Shown in pieces: positions 39,101 to 50,389 of a stretch of DNA of 64,000 nt (its first letter is position 1; each line of letters opens with the position of its first letter). Made by a program: the position numbers and the translations under genes. The notes beneath the pieces are model-generated. The model was not told the DNA's origin, did not search any database, and saw only the letters and a program-made list of their open reading frames with translations. Source of the stretch: Tubulanus polymorphus (lineage: Eukaryota; Animalia; Nemertea); contig NC_134036.1 of the NCBI RefSeq assembly GCF_964204645.1, positions 9,341,859-9,405,858 of the forward strand, given 5' to 3'.

Positions 39101-42100
39101 AATAAAACAAATTCCAAAGATAACTATATTGGCAGCTCATTGATGTTCAATCATTCAAATAGCTGATTATTGGAAATGTGCATCTTGTGAATAATAAAGC
39201 TATGTAACTATCAGTAACTGCATAAATACGGTAGATATCATCGATACAGCTATTAAATTGTGAACAACTATAACTGCTTATGCAAACAAGTGTTATCTTA
39301 CCAGAACAGGTGGATTCAGAATCATTGTCAACATCACCAGAAGGGCCACATGTCAATGCATCATCTTGAAAAATAAATGATATGGTGACAATTATTGCTG
39401 CATGTTACAAGTTAAAGAATTATGCAATACGTTAATTTACCAGAGCAGGTAAATTCAGAAACTTTCTTTATATCATCACATCAATACATTATCTTGAAAA
39501 TCAAATGACAGATATAATGATACAGCAACCTGACAATTATTGCAACATAACATAAGTAAAGCATGCAATGGTGATATAATGTATTAGATTATAATGTAAC
39601 ATAGAATTGTGATGCATAAAATTGTTCAAATTCTTCATGAACAGGAAAGGTCTATTTCAACTTGTTTGAAAAGGATATTGGGTTTGGGATAGTGTCCTGA
39701 TATGGGATTTATATGCTGAATGTAGAATTGTAAGATATGCATAGGTAGTAAAATCACTTCATCATTAGGCAGTATCCAGATATTGTGGGTTTTATATGCC
39801 ACCTAACTGAATGTAGAATTGTAGGACATATATGAATAGTAAAATCACTTCATCATTAGAGAGTGTCCCAATATGAAGGGTTTTATATGCCACCTAACTG
39901 AATGTAGAATTGTAGGACATATATAGACAGTAAAATCACTTCACAATTAGGTAGTGACCAGATATGATGGGTTATATATACTACTTAACCAAGTACAGAA
40001 TTGTAGGACATACATAAATAGTAAAATTATTTAATGATTAGATAGTGTCCTGATGTGAATGGTTTTATATGCCACTTAAGTAAATGGAGAATTGTAGGAC
40101 ATATGGTGAATCTTTTCTCATTAAGGTAGGATAGGTTTTATATGCCCCTTTACTAAATATAGAACTTTTAACACATATGAATAGAGAAATAGAGTTTATT
40201 TACCAGAAACTGTGAATTCAGAAATTTTCTTTTCACCAGAACACTCACGAATCAATGAAATATCTGTAAAATAAAATGACAGATACAATGATACAGCAAC
40301 CTGTTGACCACTATAACTGCATTATACAAGCTAAAAAGTTACATAATGAGTAAACTTACCAGAACACGTGAATTCAGAAACTTGTTTTGAATCATCACTG
40401 GAACATTTACTCGTCAATACATTATCTAGAAAATCAAATGACGGATACAATGATACAGCAACCTGTTGACCACTATTACTGCATTATACAAGCTAAAAAG
40501 TTACATAATGAGTAAACTTACCAGAACACGTGAATTCAGAAACTTGTTTTGAATCATCACTGGAACATTTACTCGTCAATTCATTATCTAGAAAATCTAA
40601 TGACGGATACAATGATACAGCAACCTGATGACCACTTTTACTGCATTATTCAAGCTAAAACGTTACATAATGAGTAAACTTACCAGAACACGTGAATTCA
40701 GAAACTTGTTTTGAATCATCACTGGAACATTTACTCGTCAATACATTATCTAGAAAATCAAATGACGGATACAATGATACAGCAACCTGCTGACCACTAT
40801 TACTGCATTATACAAGCTAAAAAGTTACATAATGAGTAAACTTACCAGAACACGTGAATTCAGAAACTTGTTTTGAATCATCACTGGAACATTTACTCGT
40901 CAATACATTATCTAGAAAATCAAATGACGGATACAATGATACAGCAACCTGTTGACCACTATTACTGCATTATACAAGCTAAAAAGTTACATAATGAGTA
41001 AACTTACCAGAACACGTGAATTCAGAAACTTGTTTTGAATCATCACTGGAACATTTACTCGTCAATACATTATCTAGAAAATCAAATGACGGATACAATG
41101 ATACAGCAACCTGTTGACCACTATTACTGCATTATACAAGCTAAAAAGTTACATAATGAGTAAACTTACCAGAACACGTGAATTCAGAAACTTGTTTTGA
41201 ATCATCACTGGAACATTTACTCGTCAATTCATTATCTAGAAAATCTAATGACGGATACAATGATACAGCAACCTGATGACCACTTTTACTGCATTATTCA
41301 AGCTAAAACGTTACATAATGAGTAAACTTACCAGAACACGTGAATTCAGAAACTTGTTTTGAATCATCACTGGAACATTTACTCGTCAATACATTATCTA
41401 GAAAATCAAATGACGGATACAATGATACAGCAACCTGCTGACCACTATTACTGCATTATACAAGCTAAAAAGTTACATAATGAGTAAACTTACCAGAACA
41501 CGTGAATTCAGAAACTTGTTTTGAATCATCACTGGAACATTTACTCGTCAATACATTATCTAGAAAATCAAATGACGGATACAATGATACAGCAACCTGT
41601 TGACCACTATTACTGCATTATACAAGCTAAAAAGTTACATAATGAGTAAACTTACCAGAACACGTGAATTCAGAAACTTGTTTTGAATCATCACTGGAAC
41701 ATTTACTCGTCAATTCATTATCTAGAAAATCTAATGACGGATACAATGATACAGCAACCTGTTGACCACTTTTACTGCATTATTCAAGCTAAAACGTTAC
41801 ATAATGAGTAAACTTACCAGAACACGTGAATTCAGAAACTTGTTTTGAATCATCACTGGAACATTTACTCGTCAATACATTATCTAGAAAATCAAATGAC
41901 GGATACAATGATACAGCAACCTGCTGACAACTATTACTGCATTATACAAGCTAAAAAGTTACATAATGAGTAAACTTACCAGAACACGTGAATTCAGAAA
42001 CTTGTTTTGAATCATCACTGGAACATTTACTCGTCAATACATTATCTAGAAAATCAAATGACGGATACAATGATACAGCAACCTGCTGACCACTATTACT

Positions 42101-45100
42101 GCATTATACAAGCTAAAAAGTTACATAATGAGTAAACTTACCAGAACACGTGAATTCAGAAACTTGTTTTGAATCATCACTGGAACATTTACTCGTCAAT
42201 ACATTATCTAGAAAATCAAATGACGGATACAATGATACAGCAACCTGTTGACCACTATTACTGCATTATACAAGCTAAAACGTTACATAATGAGTAAACT
42301 TACCAGAACACGTGAATTCAGAAACTTGTTTTGAATCATCACTGGAACATTTACTCGTCAATACATTATCTAGAAAATCAAATGACGGATACAATGATAC
42401 AGCAACCTGTTGACCACTATTACTGCATTATACAAGCTAAAAAGTTACATAATGAGTAAACTTACCAGAACACGTGAATTCAGAAACTTGTTTTGAATCA
42501 TCACTGGAACATTTACTCGTCAATACATTATCTAGAAAATCAAATGACGGATACAATGATACAGCAACCTGTTGACCACTATTACTGCATTATACAAGCT
42601 AAAAAGTTACATAATGAGTAAACTTACCAGAACACGTGAATTCAGAAACTTGTTTTGAATCATCACTGGAACATTTACTCGTCAATACATTATCTAGAAA
42701 ATCAAATGACGGATACAATGATACAGCAACCTGTTGACCACTATTACTGCATTATACAAGCTAAAAATTTACATAATGAGTAAACTTACCAGAACACGTG
42801 AATTCAGAAACTTGTTTTGAATCATCACTGGAACATTTACTCGTCAATACATTATCTAGAAAATCAAATGACAGATACAATGATACAGCAATCTGCTGCC
42901 AATTATTACTGCATTATACAAGCTTAAGTTATTTCATGAGTTTACTTACCAGAACAAGAATCATGATTTTTTTTTTCACCAGATTTGTGTTGACGAAAAG
43001 ACTTGGAAGTCAATACATTATCTTGAAAATGAAATTACAGGGTGTTAATACAATACCTAGAGTAGGTAATTTCCCAAAATATAGGCTTACATGTTGCCAG
43101 TAGACCATCTTGAATGTGATCCATGAAAATTACATGGTTTTATATCAACCTCATTTTGAGTGTGTCAAGAGAAAGTAAAAAATCGACAAAACATGTATGC
43201 CTGGTTACTGTCTTTTTTCCAATCCTACCGTTCAATTTGTAGGGAAAGAAATCAAATTACCTGCCAAGGGTAGAAATAGGAAAATTGCAAGGCGGGTTCA
43301 AAAAGTAAATACGAGGCATTTTCGGTTAAAGCAGCCATATCAAATTCGTTAAGGAGGGTCCCTCCATCTAGGGTTAGATACACTTTTGAATAAATCAACC
43401 CTTAAAGATGAAATTTCTGAGATGTTAAATTTATAGGTTTAAGTTATCTCTGTACGAAGGGCAACTTCAAAGGGAAGGCACGAGTCTAGACCTTCGAGAC
43501 CACCCGCTTGATACGCCCCTGCATGCATTTCAAAGATCATGTTTACTTCATGAGAATGGATTATTTCTAACATAAATAATAACCAATTTCATTGATGTTA
43601 AAAATATATTTTTATCAAACGATACATACTTAGACCATCAGGAAATTATAGCACTGTATAGTATTCACCTTAAAACAAAACATTTATCATGGTGGGTGGC
43701 CAATAGGACTGAACCTAAGTTTTTTTACACAAAGAATACATGCTTAACATTGCTCATTATCTAAAATATGCATTATGAGATAATTCAATGAAACAAAAGG
43801 GAACCATAAAAATTGAAAAGCATACAACAGATATATATATATAGAATATATATAAGGTTAGAATATATATAAGGTTAGGCCTATCACATGCAAAATGATT
43901 CAAATTCGTCTATTTCTGCTGTTCTGGTGGACGGCTCAACAAAGTATACCGGTAAATGTATAAACTGAGTTTATGGACATACAAATCTTATAGAGAAAAA
44001 GAGCAACATTTCTGAGGGGTGGATGCAAGCTGGATTTATATGTGCATAATAAAAGGCATAATTCAACTACCCGCCCTTGGTTGTGTTCCAACCTAATGCT
44101 TCTAAGCCAATACTGTATCATTCACTTATACAAATTGGGTAATGATAGTTTATGGTCGTTGGTGTATCAAAATGAATCATCTACCATCATAGGGCATACC
44201 TATAAGAAGCAAGTTGCATCTAACATAACCTATCTTATCTTCAAAGTCCAATGATATTTATTAACCGCAGAATTAACACATATTCCTGATAGACACCCTC
44301 AATTCAGATTCATGCACAGTTATCACACACAGTACATGAAGAAAATCTCATGGCGCAAATGTAGCCTGTATACAGCAAGTTTTTATGTAAGCCATGAAAT
44401 GCAAGGCAAATCTGAAATTTACATTTGAATATGATAGACTCATTTTGCTTTTATTCTCCATGCTTAAACCAAATTCCATCTACATAGGCCTAATGACAAT
44501 CGCAAGCTTCAGCATGCTGGGTGTACTTTGCAAGTTTGACTAAATCTAGAAAATTTTAATCCCAACAGGTTAACAAGCTTACCTGAGGCATTAAGTTCTT
44601 TTTTGTTAGAAGCCTATTTATATGTTGAATACAAAAATAATTTTCCAGAATGGCATAATGGAAGCAGTGAAGAAATCAGCAAATAAGCAAATGTAGCTCA
44701 TTCATGCAGCACAGAAATACAATATGGTACCCAAATGCATCAGTAGAAACAAAGATACTACACGGCGTATCTATAGTACAATGATTAGTTGTAGAGGAAC
44801 TTTTATCGTGATTAAGAAATTGATCAGTCGATGTTCTTAGGATCAGTACATACACACAGAGAAGGGTGAGGGGGTTTGAAAATTTGTATTAAAATGTCTA
44901 TGGTTGTGTATGAGAGGGGGTTTGCATTTATAAACTGCTGTATGCACCATACTCCATGTAGTATGATCATTGATGTTGGACCATCGTAACTCATAACCAA
45001 AGTTTAATTTTTTCAACACCAGCATAAATCATTTACTGATAATTCATTAATAAAGACAAGCGTTACGAATCATAAACTGCTTTCTTCTCGGGACCCGCTG

Positions 45101-48100
45101 TCAAGGATAATTGGAGATATTGAGGTTATGTTCACGATACTTTTTTTTCAATTGACAACTTCAGTCGTCATTCTGATAAAAATTACAAGCTTTGAACTTA
45201 GGGCTAATTCTTTGATGCACAAATGCTTGCATTAGAGGTTGTTACTATAAGGCACTAAAGCGTATACAAAAAGTATGGATGTATGGTGAAGGGGAGGGTA
45301 AGGTTCTAACTGAATGAGAGCTTCGCTGCAACAAAATTGGATGAAAATAAATCATCATAATTTACCTGTCTCCACCAATAATCAGTCACCCCGTAATCAT
45401 ACCGCAATTCTGTTTTGGGGGGTATGTCCTTAATAGCAAAAAATGCAATATGGGGCCTTCCTTCAGATATGACGGTTTTGGCTTTACAGTTTTCTTTGCC
45501 ACCCCACCCATCATTGATGAGCCGTCCCAAACTACCATCATCAATTGAGGCATCAATGCTGAAATGGTAAAAGTCATATTTAGAGTATTCAATTAGGCCT
45601 AATATACTTTAAGAAGATGGGTGGTATCAAATTATGATACAGGCCTACAGGTAACAGTTAGGCTTTGAATGACTTATTTTAGTTAAAGTGTAAACTAAGT
45701 AGCCTGATGGGCAATATCTGGTTAGAAAATCAATAGACCTACATACCACAGAGAACTGAACTTTTTGTCTTGAAATTCAAAGACATATGTATCGTCATCC
45801 CCGATTTCCTTCACATCACGGAGTAGCCCACGATATTCCACCAAAAAATCCCCTCTACAAACTGCTTTCTTTGTGAATAATCCATATCCTTAATCAGAAA
45901 AAAGTATTATCTTTGATTAAAAACCATTCCTTCAGGTCCTACATTAAAACCTAGGGTCCAGGGACACCATGCCCAGATGAGAAAAGGTTTGAAATGCTCA
46001 ACCATCTGGAAATGTTAATATTCAACGTCTGGTGAACTACAGAAACCATGACATAAATTTTGCATTGATTGTTTATTTATGTCTTTACTATGTATTGTGG
46101 TAACAAAATATGCCAATGTATTAATAGGTATGATATGGAAATACTCAGTTTCTGCTATTAAGTCAAGGAAGCTACCGATATAGGTTTTTGAGGATTTCAG
46201 ACTGAGATTTTTGAGCTATATGGGCACCAAAAAGGTCACAGGACGGACTTCTTGTGTCTGATCAACTCAATTGTTTTAATGCTGATGGGCCCCTGGGCAT
46301 TAAAAATATTATTTGAAAGATCAAGATAATTGAAGCGTCTTAAAAGATTTCCCTTGAAAACATCAAAATCTGTAAAAATGCTGATTTCGGCAAACAGAAA
46401 TCTGCCATCTTGATTCTGACAGGACCAGTCTTTGGGCTGTAGGTGTTTCAGGGTAATATATGTATAAACCAAACATCAATCCATGTGTTTTCTAAACTTC
46501 CCAAAATAACTGGATTCTGTCTACGGACTGACACAACAGATATTCTATAAAAAAGTGGATATCATACAGATGCAGCAGTAATTTAGTAAACTAGTGGTCC
46601 AGGGACACCACGCCCACTTGGGAAGTGGTTAGAAATGCTTAACAAACGGAATATTCAACGCCCCCTGGTGAACATATTAAGAAAGCAATGACCTTACAAC
46701 TCACCACAATCAATGATGGAACATGTCATGAGCTACAATTTTGTAATTGATTGTGGTTACAAAATATCCTTAGAGACCAATACAATATGAAAATACTAAT
46801 ATAATATAATAAAAGTTATTTAGCTCTTCAATGCCCCTGGTGGCCTAGGGCCGATTCTTTTATGCAGTACGGATAATCCGGACGCTCCATTTCCATTCTT
46901 TTATTGATCAGGTGACTATTTCTGGAGAGTTCGGAGAGTCCATTCTCTCCAATCTGTCGACCGGTGTGATTGCGGAGAGACCACGTGACAAAATGGCGAC
47001 GCATGAATTTTGCCTCCTAAAACTCAGAAAAGTTACGGAAGCCGCCATTTTGATTCTCAACAACTATTCCATTATGCACAAATCAGGATATTCAATCCGG
47101 AGAATACGGACTGCATAAAAGAATCGGCCCCATAATCATAGAATATGTCACAAGATACAATTTTGCCATTCATTGTGGTTACCATACCAATGACCTTGAA
47201 ACTCATACAAAATATCAATAGGTACCAATTCTGTAATTCTGTATGTAATTCTATATTCAACTCTCCCTGGTGGTGAGAACAAAAACCCGGGTAACCCCAA
47301 TTCCACGTGAGGAGATGAATACTATGACAGCGATACTATAGGCCTATATCAAATATCAAGACTATAAGTCAAAACTTGTCCATAGTTTCCTTCAAAAACC
47401 TTTTTCTGAGGACTGATGACACGAAGATGGTCACTGATTGCATCACGCTTGACTGATCAAAGTATCTGTCTGATAGGCCTGTGTAAGAGCCCTTCTCATA
47501 GTATAACCAGATCTCGGAATTCAGGCCAAAAATGACCTTGGGCATAAAAAAGGTCACATGATGGCCATGTTAAGTCTGATCTACACAATTTTTCTTATGC
47601 TGATGCACCGGGGATACAAACAGATGTGAATGATCAAGATAATTGATCAAAGGGTTTCAAAATTTCCCTTAATAACATCAAAAATATGTAAAAAGTGCTG
47701 ATTTTGCTGAACAACAATGGCAACCAGTCGGCCATCTTGATTCTGATCAGGCCAGTTTTCGGGCAGAAGATGTATCTAGATACATGTAAAAACTAAAGAT
47801 CAAGACAATCCATTGAAGCGACTTCAAAACTTCCCAAAAGAACTTGATTCCGTCTATGGACAAACGGACGACAGATGAAAAGTGAACGCAATAGTCCACT
47901 GGGACTTAAGTCCCAAGTGGGCTAAAGATTATGTTGTCCTCATTATATATCAAAAACACTTCTCGGCCTATAGGCCTCATTAGGTTTAGGATAGGGTTGG
48001 GGTCTAGAAGGTCAGGAGGGTTAGGGTTTGATAGGGTTAAAACATTCCATTTAGGTATAATTTAGCCTACCTATTTCGCTATTGACAACTTTTTTTTCGA

Positions 48101-48173
48101 ATGCCTCTTCTGGATCTTTGCCAAATTTAATAAATTCAAGAGCCACCTGACTTGGTGTCATGCGTCTCGGCAT
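32325..48173 (-). CDS. Predicted ~1620-aa SET, repeat array, OTU (vertnin-like), C2H2, tyrosine recombinase, Myb-like fusion protein. Exons: 48173-48071, 45888-45747, 45558-45366, 44613-44583, 43021-42950, sixteen 66-nt exons (42855-42790 down to 40425-40360), 40263-40204, 39364-39302, 38991-38947, 38489-38418, 37243-35034, 34946-34809, 34140-34011, 33122-32927, 32815-32678, 32533-32325
   Basis: All junctions are GT-AG with compatible phases. The summed length (4857 nt) is a multiple of 3 after removing one base from the T12 run at 36107-36118. Domain motifs are listed in the sub-features. Joining the SET exons to the YR exons in one transcript is inferred. Confidence 0.72.
33380..33745 (-). 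repeat. Diverged inverted copies of the 91-bp satellite unit in a YR intron
   Basis: ACTGAATGTAGAATTGTGGGACATACATAAATAG..AATCACTTCAT is the reverse complement of the 50.4-53.5 kb unit. Confidence 0.8.
36620..37060 (-). CDS. OTU-like cysteine protease domain (vertnin-like) within the element B gene
   Basis: VSGDGNCLFNAVS (catalytic Cys), ELRVRTCIEM, IQALATVIDRRIRSVYP, WNPDHFAPLL (catalytic His). Confidence 0.88.
39690..40185 (-). repeat. About 5 inverted copies of the 91-bp satellite unit in an intron next to the exon array
   Basis: Repeated TTTTATATGCCACCTAACTGAATGTAGAATTGTAGGACATATAT..GTAAAATCACTTCA. Confidence 0.85.
40351..42940 (-). repeat. 162-bp tandem array, 16 near-identical units; each unit is a 66-nt phase-1 exon plus a 96-nt intron
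   Basis: TAAACTTACC recurs every 162 bp from 40351 to 42781. The minus strand reads TTTTCTAG|66 nt|GTAAGT, encoding DNVLTSKCSSDDSKQVSEFTCS. Confidence 0.93.
45366..48173 (-). CDS. SET domain (KMT5A/PR-Set7-like) exons of element B
   Basis: MPRRMTPSQVAL..IG|YGLFTKKAVCRGDFLVEYRG..YVFEF..CIDAS..LGRLINDG..NC..PHIAFFAIKDI..ELRYDYG..WW. Confidence 0.9.
45950..47925 (-). mobile_element. Two inverted, diverged HINE copies (~45950-46530 and ~46590-47925) in the first SET intron
   Basis: Reverse complements of the 21244 element: CTAGGGTCCAGGGACACCATGCCCA (45951), CTAGTGGTCCAGGGACACCACGCCCA (46591), GTCCCAAGTGGGCTAAA (47910-47926). Confidence 0.7.
46848..47130. mobile_element. MITE (PIF/Harbinger-like) nested in a HINE
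   Basis: TIRs GGGCCGATTCTTTTATGCAGT / ACTGCATAAAAGAATCGGCCC. Confidence 0.7.
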
Positions 48174-49366
48174 CTCACCTGAAAAATACAACCAAGAATA
48201 AGGTGCTATGATAATGGGCAGGCTTATTTGTATCTTTGCCCTATTAACCGAGATATTAATACTGCAAATTGGGCAGAACACAAATCCTCACCTTGAAACA
48301 TAAAAAAAATAAAAAAGAATTAAGCGATTGATTTTTGCAAAAAAAAAACCATTTAGACCAACGGCCACGTCACTGCATATCATATCAATAGCAGTAGCAC
48401 TTGATATAAATTACAAAAATTGGCTGTCAAAAATATACAATAAAGAAAAAATTCATTGTGCAACACCGGTGCTTAGTTCCAAGCTTCAAGGCCTAAATAT
48501 GCTAGAATTCTGTATCTACTACTAGGGGGCCTAAATAAGTGAAACTAATTAGTAAGCAGGCATGGCTATAGGCCGGTCCATGTCCTACAATGAACCTGTA
48601 ACAATGACAGGTTGGTACCGGTATTTGGATTATAATCTAGGCTGATTCAGCAGGTTAGCTGTAGCCTACTGTGCAGTGGTAAAAGTATCAGCCTGTAGCG
48701 CGGAATATCAGTCAGCACATCAGGTTTGGTTTCTATGATGATCGGACTGTTTTACAAACCACGACAATTCCTATACCGGTAGGTATTTGTAGGCCTATTT
48801 GTATATACTCTAGGGCCTCTCTAAGTTCTGGATATTATCAACGTTAGCAGTAAAAGTACAAATTACAAGCCTATCTGAGATGACTCGGTCAAGACTAGAG
48901 ATAGGGCCTAATACTACTAGTAAGGTCAGATGTAGTCTAGTACCTAGCCGTTGTTTTCCAAACAGGTTGTAGGTAGGGAACCGTAACAACAACTGTTGAA
49001 CAGCAGTTGTTACAGTCTGTTCAGACTAGTACTAGGTCAGATGGTATTCAGGCCATCAGGGATTAGCTGGGAGGAGGCCTTTATTTTATTAGATAATAGC
49101 TTACCACCAACCGATTACTAAATACTAACAAGGACAGGTTACTCACATCCAATGTGCTAGTGCTGGTGTACTATAGGCCTATAAGTATAGTTGAATGTGT
49201 GTGTAAATGAATTTAGCGTTTTCTGCAATCCTGATTAGAAATGCGGTACAATGTATGTCAATATAAGAAATTTTGTAGCCAGAATTTTAATGAAACGGGC
49301 GTAAATGTAGTAATGAAAATATTGCACGTCCACCGGTTGTTTACAACGCAGCAACGACCTTCAACG

Positions 49367-49425
49367 TAGTCTGAATACCGGTCGTTGTTACCGGTTCCCT
49401 AGAACGACGGCTAGGTACTAGACTA
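49367..49425. mobile_element. 59-bp TAGTCT...AGACTA mini-element with a 9-bp TSD; related inverted copy at 48933-49028
   Basis: CCTTCAACG|TAGTCTGAATAC...GTACTAGACTA|CCTTCAACG. Confidence 0.65.
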
Positions 49426-50389
49426 CCTTCAACGCAGCAACGAACTAACCGGTAGCCCTAAATACCGAACAAAACCGTTAAATACCGACTTTATGTCACT
49501 AATCAATTTTAGATGCGGGCATAAGGCTAATTTATTTTCGTGTGAAATCGATCTTTTTGGGATATTTCGCTTAACTTTTTGAACACATACCCTAAATTGG
49601 TCTTAACGACCAGTGTACGGTAACTGTGCAGCCTGAATAAATCCTCGTTTTATAGCCATTTTAGACTGTATTGAATTATTGCCAAAGGGTTTTCATTTTC
49701 TCGTGTCGAAAACAGAAAAGATCAGCCATTTTTTGAAATTCTAAGATGTTTCTTGTGTTTCCGTGCCTACGAACCATGATTTTCTTTGAATAATTTGCAA
49801 ACATTTTCAAATGGCAAGGGCCTAGGCATAGAAAAATATTGTTAAAATTGATTTACGTAACGGTAGTTCATTAAATGGGGTCTATTTTCTCTAATTGAAA
49901 TGAGTTAAAGAAGACTTTTTTTTAGTAATCCTCCAATGCAAAACAGTTTAAAATGGATAAAACGATGATTTACTTACAGTTTCACTGGTCGTATTAAGAC
50001 CTAATTGAGGTACCCGGTATGTGTTGAAAAGTTTAGTTTATAGGGAACTCAAAAAATCGATGTCAGACCAAAAAAAAATTAGAATTTAGGAACGGACATG
50101 CAGATATGTCAGGCATACACTGCTAGTCTATTCACTTTTGTGTTTCATCAGTTTTCTCGAGATAATTTGTAACTTTTGTGAGCAAATACTTCAAACTAAT
50201 GCCATTCAAGCCAGAACTGTGCAGTCGGACATCGTTTTTGTATCCATCTTAAACACTGTATTGAAGGATTGTTAAAAAGTCTTCTTAAACTTATTTATGA
50301 CAGAGAAAAGAGACTTCACGAATCGCACCGGTTCTTGAAAGATCATAATTACATCAGGGCAATATCTAATCTTGCATTGATTGTACTAG

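Noticed and set aside
39441-39492. Additional array exon
   Set aside because: 52 nt with an in-frame TGA; treated as a dead copy and left out of the gene model.
40351-42940. CRISPR-like array
   Set aside because: Units are identical along their whole length, with no unique spacers and no cas genes; the context is eukaryotic and the array is explained as an exon-intron repeat.
49545-50065. Long imperfect inverted repeat as an end of element B
   Set aside because: It is internal, heavily diverged and not next to a TA tract; more likely an old MITE.
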